A stretch of DNA of 63,764 nucleotides, the filler included, from Chiloscyllium plagiosum (Eukaryota), in the NCBI RefSeq assembly GCF_004010195.1. It is 8 parts of 8 records of this genome, joined end to end, with 100 filler letters (N's around TTAATTAATTAA, not from the genome) between each part and the next. Parts side by side here need not be neighbours in the genome. Positions count along the whole stretch, not along the records: positions 61,102 to 62,636 come from NW_025160401.1; positions 62,737 to 63,764 come from NW_025117755.1; 6 more parts are not named here. One strand, written 5' to 3'. The position numbers were made by a program, and so were the translations under genes. Below are positions 62,172 through 63,764 of this stretch, piece by piece; the stretch's first letter is position 1; each line of letters begins with the position of its first letter. The notes under the pieces are model-generated. The model worked only from the letters and a program-made list of their open reading frames with translations. It ran no database searches and was not told the DNA's origin.

Positions 62172-62505
62172 CTACACACACTCTGATCTCCTGATGCTCT
62201 TGCTGAGGGGAGAGGGGAGGGTCACGTGGGTGAGGGCACAGGAGAAACGATCATTGGACTCCCAGTCAGACCCAGAGAGAGTCAGCAGCAGACTGCTGAC
62301 ACTGTAGGTGCTGTCCGAAGCTCGCAGGTAGTTGCTGGTCTGGACCCCGTCCAAAATGACTGCACCATCCTTCTTCCACTGCACCTCCAGCTCATCGGGA
62401 TAGAAGTGATTGGCAAGGCACACCAGGGTGGCAGTGCCCTTGGCATTGACCTGCTCTGGGGAGGGTGGGGCAGCAGGGTCAGCTTGGGCTGAGAGTTGTC
62501 ACGGC
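62172..62505 (-). pseudogene. IGKC: Second kappa C exon with a +2 frameshift
   Basis: Close paralog of 59818-60146. CTGCTGCCCCACCC versus CTGCTGCCACCC (2-nt insertion at about 62467-62470) plus a 3-nt insertion (SSLLL); AATAAA at 61641-61646. Confidence 0.85.
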
Positions 62506-62750
62506 CTGAAAGACAAAAGAAACAATTTTAATCCCTGCCAATTTCAACTTTCAGAATATTCACTGGGAAAATGTTTGAACATTTGTAGCCAATCCTAACA
62601 AACCCGATGAAAGAACAGGCATTGTTTAAATTGCTTNNNNNNNNNNNNNNNNNNNNNNNNNNNNNNNNNNNNNNNNNNNNTTAATTAATTAANNNNNNNN
62701 NNNNNNNNNNNNNNNNNNNNNNNNNNNNNNNNNNNNATGGAGGCTGAATA

Positions 62751-62821
62751 GGTTTTTGTATCGGTCATAATTGCAGTGTCACTCCAGCTATATCACTGTG
62801 AGACACGTTGTGTCAAATACT
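62751..62821 (-). other. IgH D2 (ATATAGCTGGAGTGA, 62779-62793) with 12/12 RSS
   Basis: GGTTTTTGT-12-TGCAGTG, D, CACTGTG-12-TCAAATACT. Confidence 0.9.
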
Positions 62822-63123
62822 ATGACAGACTGTAAACTGTAAAATGCAGAGAATTTCTTCACTTCCTAGAAAGCAGTGATTCAGACTCCTCTAAATATGA
62901 TTCAGTGTGTTATTTCAGCTTTTACGATCCATTGTATTTTGAAAGCTTGGAATACTTTTCCAGGTTTGGTCTGCATTTAACTTGACAATCAACACGAAGA
63001 AGGTAGAAAAAATTATACATTTGTACAAACTAGCACTGCTGGATTGCGTTCAAATTGCATCTCACATTATTTCTCGCTCCTGCCATGGTAGAAATCACCA
63101 ATTTGAGATAAACACTTGTCAGT

Positions 63124-63203
63124 GGTTTTTGTATGAGGATGTCGCTGTGCACAACACTGTGACCCACTGTAGTATCACAATGATGTAGACCAGTACACTC
63201 ATT
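63124..63203 (-). other. IgH D1 (ATACTACAGTGGGT, 63162-63175) with a 12-RSS on the V side and a 22-RSS on the D2 side
   Basis: GGTTTTTGT-22-CACTGTG, D, CACAATG-12-ACACTCATT; fits the known shark IgM V23-12D1(22)-12D2(12)-23J layout. Confidence 0.9.
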
Positions 63204-63563
63204 CTCTGTTCTTTACTCGAGGTCTCAATTTTCATTTGAAAGAGCCATTTAGTACTGATCATGTTTAGAATGAATGCCATAGTTGACATAACAATTAGCA
63301 GTGATTTCCTGAGCTGTCAGATATATTAAAACGAACATTTTGTCCGAGCATTTAATTGATGGAAGTGTTAGCAGTACATATGACATGCCCAAAACATCGT
63401 CCCATTGTGTCAGCAGTTTGCTAGTTTAAATGGTACATTTCCTCTTTGATAGTTTTGTAAGAGGCAGCCTGAGGTCTGCTTCAGATCGCAGTTGGTATAA
63501 TTGCATTTAAAACTCGTACTTACCGTCAGTTTATGATGGAATTGACAAAATGTTCCCTCGAGC

Positions 63564-63764
63564 TGTTTTTGAACGGGTCCAGCCCTGGTTCCTCTCGCTG
63601 TGGTCTCTTGCACAGGAAGAGATGGCGGTGTCTTCGATCTTCAGGTTCCCCATGTCCAACGCGAAAATGTTGTTTGAAGTGTCTTTGGACGCAGTAAATC
63701 GACCCTTAATCGCTGGTGCATAGTTATTGTAGGATGAATCATAGTAGTTCAGCAGCCACTCCAG
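63564..63764 (-). CDS. IGHV: IgM-type VH 3' half (63603-63764) and 23-RSS; truncated by the window end
   Basis: [54 protein letters not shown] followed by CACAGCG-23-TCAAAAACA. Confidence 0.9.

Overview
Vertebrate genomic DNA, almost certainly from a shark. The evidence is HE1-type SINEs, CR1/HER1 LINEs, cluster-type Ig genes and a NAR-TCR cassette. The window is eight contigs joined by identical artificial 100-bp linkers (N44-TTAATTAATTAA-N44), so adjacency across linkers is unproven. Every contig carries antigen-receptor gene segments. Contig 1 (1-24008): two intact TCR-gamma-like V genes (leader, V exon, 23-RSS) in repeat-rich DNA. Contig 2 (24109-32527): a minus-strand IgM heavy-chain cluster piece (VH 3' end, D1 deleted, D2, JH, J-C intron). 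Contig 3 (32628-47995): two decayed C2H2 zinc-finger arrays, then a complete NAR-TCR cassette (leader, VNAR-like V, D, J, intron, leaderless supporting TCR-delta V). Contigs 4-5 (48096-57704): IgM CH1 with a mutated donor, CH2, a truncated CH3 and CH4 with the secretory tail. Contigs 6-7 (57805-62636): two kappa-type (type III/NS4-like) light-chain C exons, one frameshifted. Contig 8 (62737-63764): a second IgM VH-D1-D2 piece whose YYC motif reads SSC. The most novel-looking element is a tandem array of about five degenerate 23-RSS copies directly after the supporting V-delta; the V reading frame stays open through the first three units. Most ORFs in the supplied track are repeat-derived or spurious.
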